Shown here in pieces: positions 26,326-39,722 of a DNA stretch of 64,000 nt. Below the pieces are notes generated by a model. That model was not told where the DNA came from. It made no database searches and saw only the letters and a list, made by a program, of their open reading frames with translations. Numbering within the stretch: position 1 is the first letter of the stretch; every line of letters starts with the position of its first letter. Source of the DNA: Ptychomitrium polyphyllum (taxonomy: Eukaryota); NCBI GenBank assembly GCA_973851085.1, contig OZ316776.1, positions 2,480,001-2,544,000 of the forward strand, written 5' to 3'. Both the position numbers and the translations under genes were made by a program.

Positions 26326-29286
26326 TCATATAGCTCGGGATCGGACCATGTGAGGAGATGCTCGTGTAGTAAATGCCCTGGAGTAGTGTGGCGGATGGCA
26401 GCCTCTCTTGTGCACTTGTAATGAATCTGGCTTGAATGTTCTTCCGCAAGTCCTGCAAGGTTTTCCATGTTAGATTTCATGTTGTGCACAAAACGGTTCA
26501 AATCAGATGTCAGGTTTGGTTGCTGTGGAGAGTACTTACGAGCACTCTTGAAGGATGTCCCCAAAGTTCGGTGGTGGCAAGCAGCTAGTAACAGCTTCTT
26601 GCAGAGCTTTCTCCCAGTCCAACGTTGTCAATCCTGGTTGAAGAGGCCTGCATGGGTAAATGGAGATTGTTTTAGCTTAAACAGGACAGCAATTGGTGCT
26701 TGAATTGATTTAGTTTGCTTCGCAATTGGACAAGGAGTGTGAGTTCGGGTTTAGTACCGCTCGTCTCTTTCACTAAAATTGATGCATTTCTTCATAATGG
26801 CATTCTTCGGGGAGGGAGTCGAGGAAACGGAATTGTTGGACTCTGGTGATAAAGCTAGAGTGATGTTGGCGCATCTAGGAGTCGAGGGAATGGAATCTTT
26901 AGACTCTGGTGATGAAGCGGGAATGAAGCTGGCTCCTTTAGCGCTTAGGCTTCTTACTGAGTCTCTGCTCAAGGACCGCATGAGCGGCGGAGGAGACACA
27001 AGCGGAGTGGAGTAGCTCCTGATGTTGTTCCTCTTTGGAGTCTGCACTGGCTTTGTGTCGTTGGTGCCTTTGTGGAAGCCTGGAGGAAACGACCTTATTG
27101 ATGAGGTTGTCTTTACCCTGGGAAGACCATAGCTTGTCTTCACTCTGCATATGAGAACAGAGTACCACAAAGAATCAATCTCAATTGAAAGAGCAGGATG
27201 CGGCAATTTCGAGGTGCGAGTCGAGAATCACATCAGAAAGTGTAGAACATAAGGTTTACCTAGCTAAGGCAGGTTTGGGTGTGTCGATTTCGGCCTCAGG
27301 AGGCCCGCCTTGTGTGTCGGATGTTGGACTGTCTGGCGCGTCGACTTGCAGATTGGGTATCTCCACAGACAGCGCTACTTTCTCCTTTCGCGATTCTTGA
27401 TGTTGCGGGAGCTGAGGCACTGGAGCCTGCGTAATCTCAGCTGTCTTGATATCAGCGATGTCTCCATCCAGCTCAGTCTCTGAAGAGTTGGGGTTTGCAA
27501 TCTCAGTGACGCTCACGAGAGGCTTTGGAGTGATTAGACAATGTGTGACATGCGAGTCCTCTAGCGAGGAGACAGAGTGAATTCTGTTAATATAATCTCG
27601 ACTCTTGCTCTCTACTGGTGTTGATTGACGGGTGGTGTGATGGCAATGTTCGATGTGAGATGATGGTCTCTTTTCCTTGCCCGGCGACTTGGTGCAAGGC
27701 CGGGGCAGTTGCTTGGTTTGTGGTGGACTTCGCTTCTCCTTGCTGCTTCCTCCAGTCCACCGAGCCCAGAGTGATCTGATCAGCTGTGAAGTGGAGTGCT
27801 GCTCGGCTTCCTTCTCAATCTTCTCCTCTTTTAATGCTTGGAGGTTCGAGGGGGTAATGCTTTTTGATCGGCTATGTCTCCAGAGTGATGCATCTTCTTG
27901 GCCCGTGCAGTTTACCATCGGTGTAGGTCGCTCAACATGCAAGGTAGCATTGCTCTCGGCAGCAGAGACAGGACTTACAGTACTCGTTATGTTCCGTGAG
28001 GTAGTTCGGAAGAGACTCTTCCTGATTTCTCTCTTCCATATTCTTTTCGTGCTGCCTGGAGAGAAGGGAAGCTCTGCCGGTGAGGTGAGAGACGAATCGG
28101 TTGGAGTCTGAAGGTCTTGCACTGTTGGAGACGTTGTGATGGCAACCAGAGCTTGCTCTGTCACAGGTTTAGTATTACAGTCGGCCAATTTCGGACGAGG
28201 AGAGATTTCGTTGTCAGAGGATGATAAGCAGAAGTCCAACTTCTCCACATCAATTGTGTCTTGGTCCATCGACAGAGTTGGTAAGTTTGGAGTTTCATCT
28301 TCCCTATCCGAGCTGCTTGGACTATCAGCTCCTAAATGCTTTTTACCCTTCATCACGGCATTCTCGACCGACATTGTTTGGGAGCTTTGCTTTTGTTCAC
28401 TCTGGTACTTGCTCAGGGTCTCAACTGGCTTGTCTGGAGGTCATTGAAATTATAACAGGTTGTTAGTTAAGGATAAATGGACAAATTCTTTAACGAATTA
28501 TGGTATAAATTGGCTCTAAACAAGATGCAGGCTATGTCGTATCAAACTCTTACTTGCAGAGGTGTCCATCAGTTCTGAAGCTTTCAGGAGGTATTCTCCA
28601 GAGCCGCGCAAAGGATGGATCACATCGTCATCAGACAAGTCGTTCCAGATAAACGTGTTCCTGTAATTTCTGCAAATGGAAAACTGATTACTAGTCAGAC
28701 CGTATATATTTAGTTAGCGCTACTAACCACTGCTCTGGAATCAAAGGCTGACACAAGTTGTACATAAAGATGCACGTCAGTTGAGTTGCTCAACTGATTC
28801 GACTATGAACTCGGTTTGAAATCCTGAGAGAAGCCGCAGAAACAAACCTCTTGTAGGACCAGGAAAATGACTGACCAATGCCATGTCCACGCAGCGTAGT
28901 AAGCCGGTTCTTCACATCTGCAAAGAACTATAATCTTAAAATTCCATCTCTTCTCTGCAACTGGTCACTTGAAGTAAAGAGGTTACGGATTTGGGAAACA
29001 AAGATAGAGATCATATTAATGGAAGATAGCTATGTCGAAAAATTCAACTGTATAGCTACAACAGCCGTATTACAAGCCTGCAGAATTTTGAAAGGCAATG
29101 AGGTTCCTTGTTCAAATGCACAGAAATGGTCACAAGCTTTGAAGTGACGAGTGTACCTCTCAGACGCAGCTCGTCTTGGTTTGAAGGATACTGAACTTCG
29201 ATCATATGGGGGTGCTCAAGTTTGCCATGATCCCAACTGAGCTGGTAAAGAATCTGCACGCTCGAGAAATCTTCGACAGATGCCAT
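26326..29286 (-). CDS. SOK: SOSEKI (DUF966) polarity protein with N-terminal DIX-like domain and C-terminal C2HC zinc finger; exons 29286-29157, 28917-28848, 28669-28554, 28433-27260, 27144-26758, 26647-26540, 26452-26326
   Basis: Spliced N-terminus VQILYQLSWDHGKLEHPHMIEVQYPSNQDELRLR|DVKNRLTTLRGHGIGQSFSWSYKR|NYRNTFIWNDLSDDDVIHPLRGSGEYLLKASEL is the SOSEKI DIX-like domain. C-terminus: DWEKALQEA...ILQECS|TCGRTFKPDSLQVHKRGC. All six GT-AG introns keep the frame. Confidence 0.92.
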
Positions 29287-30772
29287 GCTTTCTTCGTTTC
29301 GGAACAACGTATTCTGAATTTAGTACTAACGTCGAAGCAGAGGAGCAGAGCTTGCGTCTTCGGTATTCTGAAGATACTAGGGTGAAGCTCGCCACTTCTA
29401 TGTCTGGCACTCGAGGTCGAAGAGGACTGCACAAGCACAGAATAAGGTTGAGTACAGTAACATTCAGAGGTATTCGAACCAAGGAGAGCCCAACTCACAT
29501 TATTCCAGTACCTCCAAAGCCCAGGAGGAATATATGCTACATTGGACGTGTGAGTTTAATGACTTCCCAGATAATTGGCGTCAGTGCCTTGCAGGACTGC
29601 TTAAGAGACGAACATGCTTGCATCACTTGCAAATCACTTGACTTATCGAGTGGAATGAGACTTAGGACAAGGTGCAAGTGGACGCGTGCAGTGCAGAGAC
29701 AATGTTACAATGCAATTTAGCAAGCAATAGCACTAAATTACAACAAGCGTGGAGCTTCAGAGGCTGAATCACTAAGCATGGAATGCGCAATGAATGAACT
29801 GATCAAGCAAACTAAAGATTGATTGTCACATGCATGATTCTTAAGCCTGCAATGGCACTCAGAAGCACTCACTGGCAACAGATTATACTGCCATTTTCAT
29901 CATAGAACACACATTGAGCGTACTTCCAGACATTGAAAAAGAAGGTGTCAAGATTGTAGTGCTCACCGCACACCCTTAAAGGCTCACTGAGTCGAACAAG
30001 AGCTTGAGACAAGACGAGCACTATTATCAAGCCTTCCCTTAAGTGCAAACTGCGGAAAGGCCAGGGGCACCTAAAAATTCACTCCTCACAAAAACTTTTG
30101 GCACTCAAGAATCACAAGTGCTCTCCCTGCAGACACGTACATTCAAACACACAGGTGCAAACGGATTCAGAAAGGATGTGAGCACTTGATGCGCTGGAAG
30201 CACTCAAGTCCAGAACTTGGCCAATCTATCTCAACCCTCAAGTACAAATGGCATCACTCGCATGATCATGCAGACTGCAGACATGCTCAAGAGGACTCAC
30301 AACGAGCACTAGAATTGAGCGTTGCAAGAAATGAAAGCTTCAATGCTTTACTAACTGTTCAGCTGGCAGGCTGCTAACATACTCCAAGTGGGGCTCTCGG
30401 AACAGCCTTATAAGCTAAGGAGCAGCAGGAATCTTATCATCACCACCTCCTGCGGCAAATTTATGGCACCAGCCATCAACTTCCCACAGTCGCTGGGACC
30501 AAAATTTCACCGAATTTTACCGAGTTTTTACAGGCGCTTCAGACGTGAGAGTGTTCATGATCACCAGCGATTGAAGGTGTACATGCAGGTGACGTGGGGA
30601 GTGCTGGGAGTAGGGATAAAAGTGGGGGCTAGAGAGGAGCCTGGGCACCGGGGCCGATGAAAAGGGCAGTTAGGACCTTGGTGGCCTTCCTGGAAATCCA
30701 TGGCAGAGTACAGTACGGTCCTTGGGTACAACCAATGCGACACTACCTCCACAGTGGCACTGAGTTGCCACC

Positions 30773-31015
30773 AGATCCTTGATTTTGCATTATATGGACC
30801 TCATGCATTCATTTCTGTTGGTGTTTTCACCCCAAATGTTGTGACCAGGATCCCAGCACACTGTAACTCCAAATGTTGATGTAAAGCTAACTTATGCATC
30901 CACCATGAGATCCTCAATTTTGCATTGTATTGAACACCTTGCATTCATCTCTACAGGTGTTTTCACCCCATATAATAATGCTATTCCAGCACACATGACC
31001 CCAAACATTAAGTTG
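30773..31015. repeat. Diverged tandem duplication with ~136-bp period
   Basis: agatcct..ttttgcatt..tgcattcat..ggtgttttcacccca..ccagcaca occurs at ~30773 and again at ~30909. Confidence 0.8.
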
Positions 31016-31400
31016 CGTAACCCCAACTGTCGTTGTTATACTTGTGTGTGAGTGACCCCTAGTGTTGTATGAATTTATGTGATGGCCATGAAATCTGATC
31101 ATTTCAATGAGCATGCTTTATTCTCCAGACCCCCAAGTGACACCTAGCAATTCCACCTATTCTGGGCTTCAAAAGGTGAGATCCACTGGAATGCATAACT
31201 TGTGTGAGGTACTTGAAGTTAGCCTATAAGATTAATCTCTGATCACAGTATTACTCATACTGCAGAAGCAGCAAGAGTGTCAGCCCAATAGCACTGTTCA
31301 TAACATTCTTTAGTTAGACTGCCCTGCACCATGATCAACCATTTCGGGGAGGATGCATCCCGTGTTGTTGAATACACTAGGTGAATCATGAGGGGTACAT

Positions 31401-31628
31401 AAGTCAAATTTAAGATAATAATTGTGAAGTCAAATTTAAGATAATAATTGTGAAGTCAAAATAACATCAATAAACAACTTATCATCTCAATGTTGTTTTC
31501 AGGTCATTTTGCTATCAAAATGATGAAAGTTAAAAATAGTGCCAAATTGATGAAAGTCAAAATAGTGTTAAAATAATGAAAGTCAAAATAGTGTCAAAAT
31601 GATGAAAGTTAAATAGTGTCAAAATGAT
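31401..31628. repeat. Two 26-bp minisatellite arrays (31401-31460 and 31515-31628)
   Basis: (aagtcaaatttaagataataattgtg) x2.3 and (tcaaaatgatgaaagtyaaaatagtg) x4.4. Confidence 0.9.
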
Positions 31629-33795
31629 ATCAAAATTATTTTAAGATGACTTCAAAATCATAAAAAATCAGAAAATGTCATTTTATTATTATTTTCATAT
31701 ATGCCAATTTTAAACAATTTTGGTATTCTTTCACTTTCAAGTATTTAAAATTTGTATTAAAGGGGTATATTTTGATAAAGATTAATGTCATTTTGACACC
31801 AAGTTGATGTAGGTTATAAATTTAAAAACATTACATTGTTTATCTCACACGCAATTTAAATATTTGCCCAAAAACCTTCAAAAAAACCATTTCATAATAA
31901 TGTAATTTAAAGTGTATTGGAATACATCATTTTCTTGTAGATATTATTTATTAATAATAACCATGTTTAATAGCTTAAAATTTGCAATTATCAGTATTGC
32001 TACTTTGAAGACAATCCATCCAAAAAGCTTGAGATTAATAAGTTTTTACGGCTAAAAAAGAGTCAAAATTTTAAAAAGCATGAAATTGATAGCTTCTTGT
32101 ATTTAGTAAAGGTAACGGTGAATAATTTGGAAAACACAATGATTGACAATAACATAAAGAATTTTTTTAATTTTTCTGCCAATTTAACAGTTTTAGCACA
32201 TGAACTTCAAGCTCTCTTGGCCCAAGAGTATTTCTTTTAAGCATTTCTTGACATTGATTTTGACAACATAGAAGTTTCTTATGAAAATTCTTTTATTTAC
32301 AATGATAAATTCTAATGAATAAAAAATATGAATAGAATGAAGCATTTATCAAATACTAATGATTTATTGATCTTTTAGATTGATTTCAAAGAAGACATTT
32401 AAAAAGACCACTTCACATAAGCCTAATAAAATTATGAAATAGTATTGTATAAGAAACTTAGAATTTGCATACAATTTAATAATGCATCAAAAACTCTAAT
32501 TTGATACATCATATTTTGTCTTCTTAATTTCAAGCCACAATCTAGCAATTAGAATTCTAGACATCTTAATAATAATCCAATACAACTTTTACTATGTCTA
32601 ATGACCAATGTTAATAAACATACTTGTAAAGTTTTTGTTCTTGTAATTCTCAAAGTACAAGTAATTGATAGTAGTTGAAAACCTTACAATATAATCAATT
32701 TCTAAAGATTTTTTTGAATTTGGTTGCTAATTTTAAGAAAAAACACAACAATAAATAATACAACAATATTAAAGGCCAAGCATTTATAAACACATGAATG
32801 GAACAACATGAATGTAATTCCGTAAGAAATTATTGGATAGAAAGTAGCAAATTTTACTTATAATAGATACCACATTATTTTTGTCAATTGATACTCCATA
32901 CATTCATGGGCTTAAAAATGTTATAACATTTGTACAAAATAAAAATGAATACAACAATGATTGTACTGTCAAAAGTAAATCCATTCTCCAAATATTGTAA
33001 ATTTGACATTCCTTGAAGTAACGTATAATCATTTTTTTGAATGGATTATGAGCCTTGTGATGCTATAGTATCTTATTATGTAATATTATATAAATATTAT
33101 CAACATGTATTCAAAAGGTCACATAAAAAATTTATTTTTAGCTTATCTCTAGTGTTTTAAATGTGCATTTAGCTTAAAAGAATGATAAAGCATATAAGTG
33201 AATCACAAAGATTGAAATGAAAACTTAGAGCCAAATAAAAATTATATGAAAGGTTTTTTTAAGAACTAAACACTTAAATCCATGACAATATAAGTACTTT
33301 TGGATTTCAACAATTTTGTGTATAAATTATTAAGAATTTAAGATTTATATTAAAGATTTCAACATAAAATCTAAATTAATTACATACATCTTAACTACAA
33401 AAATAGATGATTATAAAAAAATTAAAATTTTCCTTCATCATAATTATGCAAATTAGAATAAAATAATATTACATTAAGAAACCACTTACTTTTATTCATT
33501 GAAAATATCAAATTCATGCCAATGAATGGGATACATTACTTGAAGAACTATGCATGAAAAAAAAAAAGTTAGTTGTAATTGTATCCATGTGAATTCTAAA
33601 TACTAATGTTAAAATTTGTACAACACAAATACTTTTATTATCTGTTTTTTTAGAAAAAATACAATCACATTACATAGACATTAAGGATCTCACATTATTT
33701 GCTGATAAAATTGGTCATGTTTAACTAAAAGCAGTTATAAAAGCACCTTGAAGCAAGAATATCCGTTTTATATATCCATTGTAGTCAATGCTAAA

Positions 33796-34605
33796 AACCT
33801 TGTATAAGATGGAATGGCCGAATTCCCACTTTTGCAAACACCCTGTACATTTTCAACGTCTTTTGGTGGATGGACATTAGCCTTTCACATAACAACTCTA
33901 AACAAATGCTTCTCATAAGTTCTGAATCAACTTTGTATTTTCAACACCCATTCCTTGCACACCTCCAGTGACCACCATACACCAAGCCTATGTCTACCAC
34001 ATTGTCTTCCTTCCTAGAGTAGTGCAAACTTGCCTTCCTCTCCACCACCACCACTCCGTGATCCCATTTGCACCCTCTTTCACCCCATTACTACCACTCA
34101 CCAAGCCCAAACCGCTAACAAGAGTAACAAGAGTTTGGTGGGTCACGATAATACGCATGATAATGTGTAGTAGCTGGTGGCCATGGCTCCCTGCCTGCAG
34201 TGGGCTTTTCCTACCTCATGTACGGATTCAAAAACTGTAGACTTTGTTGTCAATGGGTCTGGTTAGGAATGTGATCAGTGTGAAGGTCAGAATGGTTGTG
34301 ATGCAGTTCAGAGTGGAAGAGATTGGTCATCGGTTTCTGAAGTATCAGGATCATTGAATGCAGTGGAGAGAAAGCCACCAGGAGGGCAAACCACCAGAGG
34401 GCAGGAGAGCACGGTGACCACGAGCATCATTGCATGTACTCACATTCTGAGGGTTAGCTTGTTGAAATCAAAGGACCGTCAAGTGAGAGCCAGATTAGGA
34501 CCTGATCTTCATCATAACGTTGGAATGGTGATGTGCAATGAGGAGCCAGTAGAGGCCCACTTCCTGACCTATGAGAATTTTTACCACTTTCAGTGGTAGT
34601 CCTGA
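33796..34605 (+). mobile_element. 810-bp repeat with Helitron-like 3' end (GTAG 34167-34170); copy 2
   Basis: No difference seen from 19269-20078. Confidence 0.75.
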
Positions 34606-37600
34606 TTATCGCCATCCTCACTTTGCAAGATTTTACGTCAATCCTTATTGCAGTACAGACTTGGTATATCAGGTATAAATGCAAAAATGTAACAGTACTC
34701 TAAAATCGTATTTTAGTGAAGGAAGATAATTATCTTTCAAAATTTCAAGGAAATGGGTAAATATAATTTTTGTATGGTATTCACACAAGTAATATGTATA
34801 CCAAACTGTTCACACAAGCCAAGCTATCAGTGCACTATCATAATCACTAGATGACTTGTCAATTAGCATGACTTGAACTTTGTTTAATTCTTTAGTTTTG
34901 TGATTTATTCTATTGGCAATACTAGTTTTAGTTCAGTGAGTAAGTGCCTAAATTTGACCTGTTGTACAAGAGTACTACAGCAAGAGTCCACTATGGCATT
35001 GAACCATAGCTATGTCTAAAATGTAGCCCTGAGAAACACAGTTTCCAAGATGCAGATTGGATTTGGTGTTTGCTGAACGTCTACCACTAACAAGTTGAGC
35101 TGATAAAGTCAGCAGTGAGCAGTCTGGTTGCAGCCTCGAAGTTCACAAAGTTCAGGGAGATGCAAGTCTTATGCAATTTGTGCTATCCATGCAGTTAGCA
35201 ACTACCAAACATGCCCCATTGCAGCACATGTCTGATTCCCACTGTTAACACTGTTAAAAGTGTCCCAGTAAGGTGCAAACTTCTTTTGAAAATTGAAAAA
35301 AGAAGATGAAATTGTAAAAGCAATGTAAGGTAGTGGATACTAACAGCATAACATAAAGCTAATCTGAGTGAGATAATAATCTTCACTTGGAACAGAATTA
35401 CTTTAAATAAATCTAAAGGTTTGAAGATCAGATGTATAGAGAACAATTTTCTTGTACTTTGTAAAAAAAATTAATGAGGATTTAAGTTTAAATTCTCTAG
35501 AGATTTATGTAAGTTAGAATGTAAAATGTTTTCATATTACCACATGCAAAATGATCACTCGTTACACATATTTGCTTGCTTCATAATCATTGAAGTATGT
35601 TAATTATGGCACTAAATTATAGGACTTCAAAGATTGTTTAATGGACAAATATAACTTTATAGAGAAGTGAAGCACTTTCTTAATTGTTACAAGTGCTCAT
35701 ACCTTACATCCTTTAGTTGAATGACCTTACAATACTATAATTTTTGATAGTGTATAGCATTTGGGAAAAAGTAACATATTATTCTTGTATTTGCTGATTT
35801 GTAGTGCATGATTATACATCTAAACAAAAATGTTATGGAATTTGAAATTTTTTACTAATTAAATTTGAAGTACATTATGAGGTTCATAGTAGTTTGGTGC
35901 TAATTTATTGTGTTTGATGTAAATTATAAAAATTCATAAATTTACCTTTCTTTTCTCATCTAAGATTAATTTCTAATAATATTGTCCTTTTCATTTCTTT
36001 TGTCCTTATGATTAAAACAGATATTTCAAGGTGATAACATTTCACAAACCTTTGATCAACTCACTTAAATGCTACAATCAAAGTACACTTTCAATAAACT
36101 AAAAGACAAGCTTTGAATTTTGAATTTTGGATGCAATAGAGAGGTGGATTTACAAGTAACTCTCTTTGCTGATAAAAATATGGTGGAAATTTGGAATTAT
36201 TGTTTATAGAGTACTTCATAGCAGATTCTAAAGCCTGCAATCTAGATTTTGTGTTTCACATAAGGGCATACATTTGAATCTTTATCATAACCACATTCTT
36301 TGCTCACAACTGAGTACATAACTTAAAATGGAGGGTCTGGCTATGAAGGCACTTCTAGGGCTTCAAAGACCTCGAATTGGGTCCAAAAATGAAATCTACT
36401 TTTAGCATTTCCAAGACCCCTTGATGCTGAGAAAAGGTTGACATTTGAGGGTTAATCCATGCAGTGCTAAAACCATTGTCAACAACCCATGTAAGCAGTG
36501 TGGTCATGGCGCTCATGCATGTGCTCTGGTGAACCAGCTTCAAATCTCCACGTAGATACATACAACTGTGTAACATGTCCTTGAGAAAAATAACTTCTTA
36601 CAGGTATGTAATGAAGACCAGTTTTAAATTTGCAACTCATCCTGGGTGATGCTAGTATTGTTGGGTTTACAGGAATCCAGCACTGCACCACAAGGTTTTG
36701 AGCTGAGCTGAGCAACCAAACCATCCTTTGCTCATGCTCTCTGTCAGAGTTTTGGAGATCAACAGCCACCACAAGTCTAAGGATGGGAACCAGGACAATG
36801 CATACCAGTACCTTTAATTCCAGGATCCTCAATTCAACCCTTTTAAAGACTTGACTTATACATCATTCGAACCCAACATTTTGAGCAAAATCTCTTACAT
36901 GGTTTTAGGATAATTGAAATCGAAAAATAAAGTCATAGATTACATTTTAGTATACAACATACCCTATGGATTTTTGTCCAAAAATATGAATGAAAGTACT
37001 CCAAGAAGCAAGAAGATACACGTTTTAATAAATAAAATCATATAAATCGATGTGATTAGGCTTTTTGGATTAAAGAGATTGAAGCTCTTACTGATTTCAA
37101 TCTCCAACAAAATATCTCCTAAATCTACACAATGTCCTTCTTCCATAAGCATAACATTCTTTAACAGAGGCAACTTATTACCTTGAAATCAAGAGAATCC
37201 TCTTTATTCCTTCCTTTTCCTAGTCTATTAACAAAAGGTGAAGTTCTTCCTTGTCAAGGAATGATATGTCCATTTAAACTAAATCTACTAATCACTCTTG
37301 CAATGTTTCTTTGACTCCAATCATGCTTAACAATACACTCATATAAGAGCTTACATCTTTACATATGCTTTACATTAAAACCATACTTTTAGTCTTTCCA
37401 AATAGGAAAGTTTTGCAAAACCATTGTAAAACTCATTATTATCACAAATAGAAACAAACACAAATTTTGGATTATAATTTGGAGAAACAATGAGGAACTT
37501 TTACAATGTTGTGGCATTGATGTAGCAAGGTTAAGGAGCCTCAATTCTTATACTTCTTCTAATCACATTTTCAATTACAAGTACTTTAATGATTGCATCA

Positions 37601-39345
37601 TAAATTATTGAAAAACATTATTTATAAGAAAAAAATTTATGACATAAGATGAGAGAATTCTATTTTACGGATAACATTGTTATCTATGAATTATCTATCA
37701 TCTATGTTACAAATTCAAGTGCACATTTTCAATGTTGTAACTTTAATAGAATATGTATTTAATTTATCAATTTTATATTTAAAAAAATATGCACACCTAT
37801 TATTATCACTAGTATAACGTCCAATAATAGTATGAGATTTTATATCCATACACATTATTTTTAGCACACATCACTTTTAAAGGAGACTTGTCAAATTAGT
37901 TTAATAATGTGATAATAAACTATTGTTATATAATATGAAATTCTTATAATGTTTTCATATTTGTCAAAATTTCAAGATTGTTATTGTTAAGATATTCTAT
38001 TATTATCTTTTACACACAAATTTGAATACCAAAATAGCAGTGAAGGTTATAATATACCTACATTAGCATAATTATGGTGAAAATTCTCATGTACTATGAT
38101 TCACATCTTGCTCTAATTTCAAATAACAATAAGACTTCCACAACTATTGTGACTCATTATAATGGAAAAAATCATTTTGATAAGTAGAAAACACTACAAG
38201 CAAAAATTGTAACATTTGCAAAAAGTATTAAGGCATAAAAGAACATAAATTCCAATTCAAATAAATAAGCATCCCTCAAATTATAGTCTATACTGGCACA
38301 CAGAATGGCATGAAATCTGCACAAAATTCATGCAAATATTTATAGATCCATAAATGAATGGATTGTCACTAAATTCCAATGCCACTTATATTTTTCTTTG
38401 TTGAAATTACATGAACCTCTGGGTGGTGATTTTATGAACCCTTTGGGACCGTCTTTAAAAACCACAGTGAATCAAAAGTATGTCCCTTCTGAACCCTAAT
38501 TACACCTTTTGCCAATAGGATACATTATCCTTATTTTGAGTTTAAAACACTAGTTATTTAAATTTAATTTTCTGTCTGTAGCCAGTTTGATTCCACTAAA
38601 ATATGGTTGTATTTTGACAAAGAAAATCTGAAATACAAAAGAAAAAGATGGAAAAAATCTTATATGTTTTGGATATGAACAGCTAAATTTTTTAGTCTAC
38701 AAACATTATTGCTTTTATATGTCACAAGTGTGAATGGAAATTCTAATCGTGAAATTTTATAATAAAATTGTTATAACCAATTCAATCAAATTTGGAATCA
38801 TGAAGTCACATAGATTGAAAGATTGTACTTGTTAAATATCAAAATATGGTTCTAAAATTAAGTTGGTGGGAATTTGAAGTTTTTTATTTTTGTTATTGAA
38901 ATTATACCAATTAAATAATTACTAACATAGGTGTAAGGGAAAACAACAAAAAGTTATTGGTTTGAAGTCTAAATAAATTATAAATAATATGACCAATACT
39001 TAATATCTTGCCAATATAGTAAATGTAGGATGAAAAACTAATGTCACCAACAACAAATGCCAACAAGCTTTTGATTTCCACAAGAAAGCACTTTATAGAT
39101 TGTTCATGAAAAATGCAACCAATGACATGATTTACCATCACAGTACACTTTTTAGTATACTGGTAAATGGCAGGTGTTGGCAACATCTTTGTAATCTATA
39201 GTAAAAAATCCCCTGCTGAAACACTCTCACAAGAATGACATTTTCGTTATGCAATAATAACTAAGCAGGGGAATGTCACTTTGCATGTTGTCCCTCAAGA
39301 ACATTGACTATATTGTCCTCTTCTGCAGCTAAGGCTGTCCAAACA

Positions 39346-39722
39346 TAAGGTGGAATGGCCCATTTCCACCACAATGAGGAATACCCACTTTTTCAAACAC
39401 CTTATACATTTTCAACATCTTTTGGTGCATGGACATTATTCTTTGACATAAAAATTCTAAACAAATGCTTGTGACCACCTCCAGTGACCACCATACACCA
39501 AGCCTATGTCTACCACATTGTCTTCCTTCCTAGAGTAGTGCAAACTTGCCTTCCTCTCCACCACCACCACTCCGTGATCCCATTTGCACCCTCTTTCACC
39601 CCATTACTACCACTCACCAAGCCCAAACCGCTAACAAGAGTAACAAGAGTTTGGTGGGTCACGATAATATGCATGATAATGTGTAGTAGCTGGTGGCCAT
39701 GGCTCCCTGCTTGCAGTGGGCT
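39346..39722 (+). mobile_element. Partial copy 3 of the Helitron-end repeat (GTAG 39683-39686)
   Basis: 39476-39722 nearly identical to copies 1 and 2 (two substitutions seen); 39346-39470 clearly diverged with indels. Confidence 0.75.

Noticed and set aside
31401..31628. CRISPR-like regular repeats
   Set aside because: Head-to-tail minisatellites without unique spacers, in a eukaryotic context with no cas genes.
36950..37436. Resemblance to a Tc1/IS630 HTH or LINE reverse transcriptase in minus-strand frames
   Set aside because: Different frames give different weak resemblances and none has a diagnostic motif.
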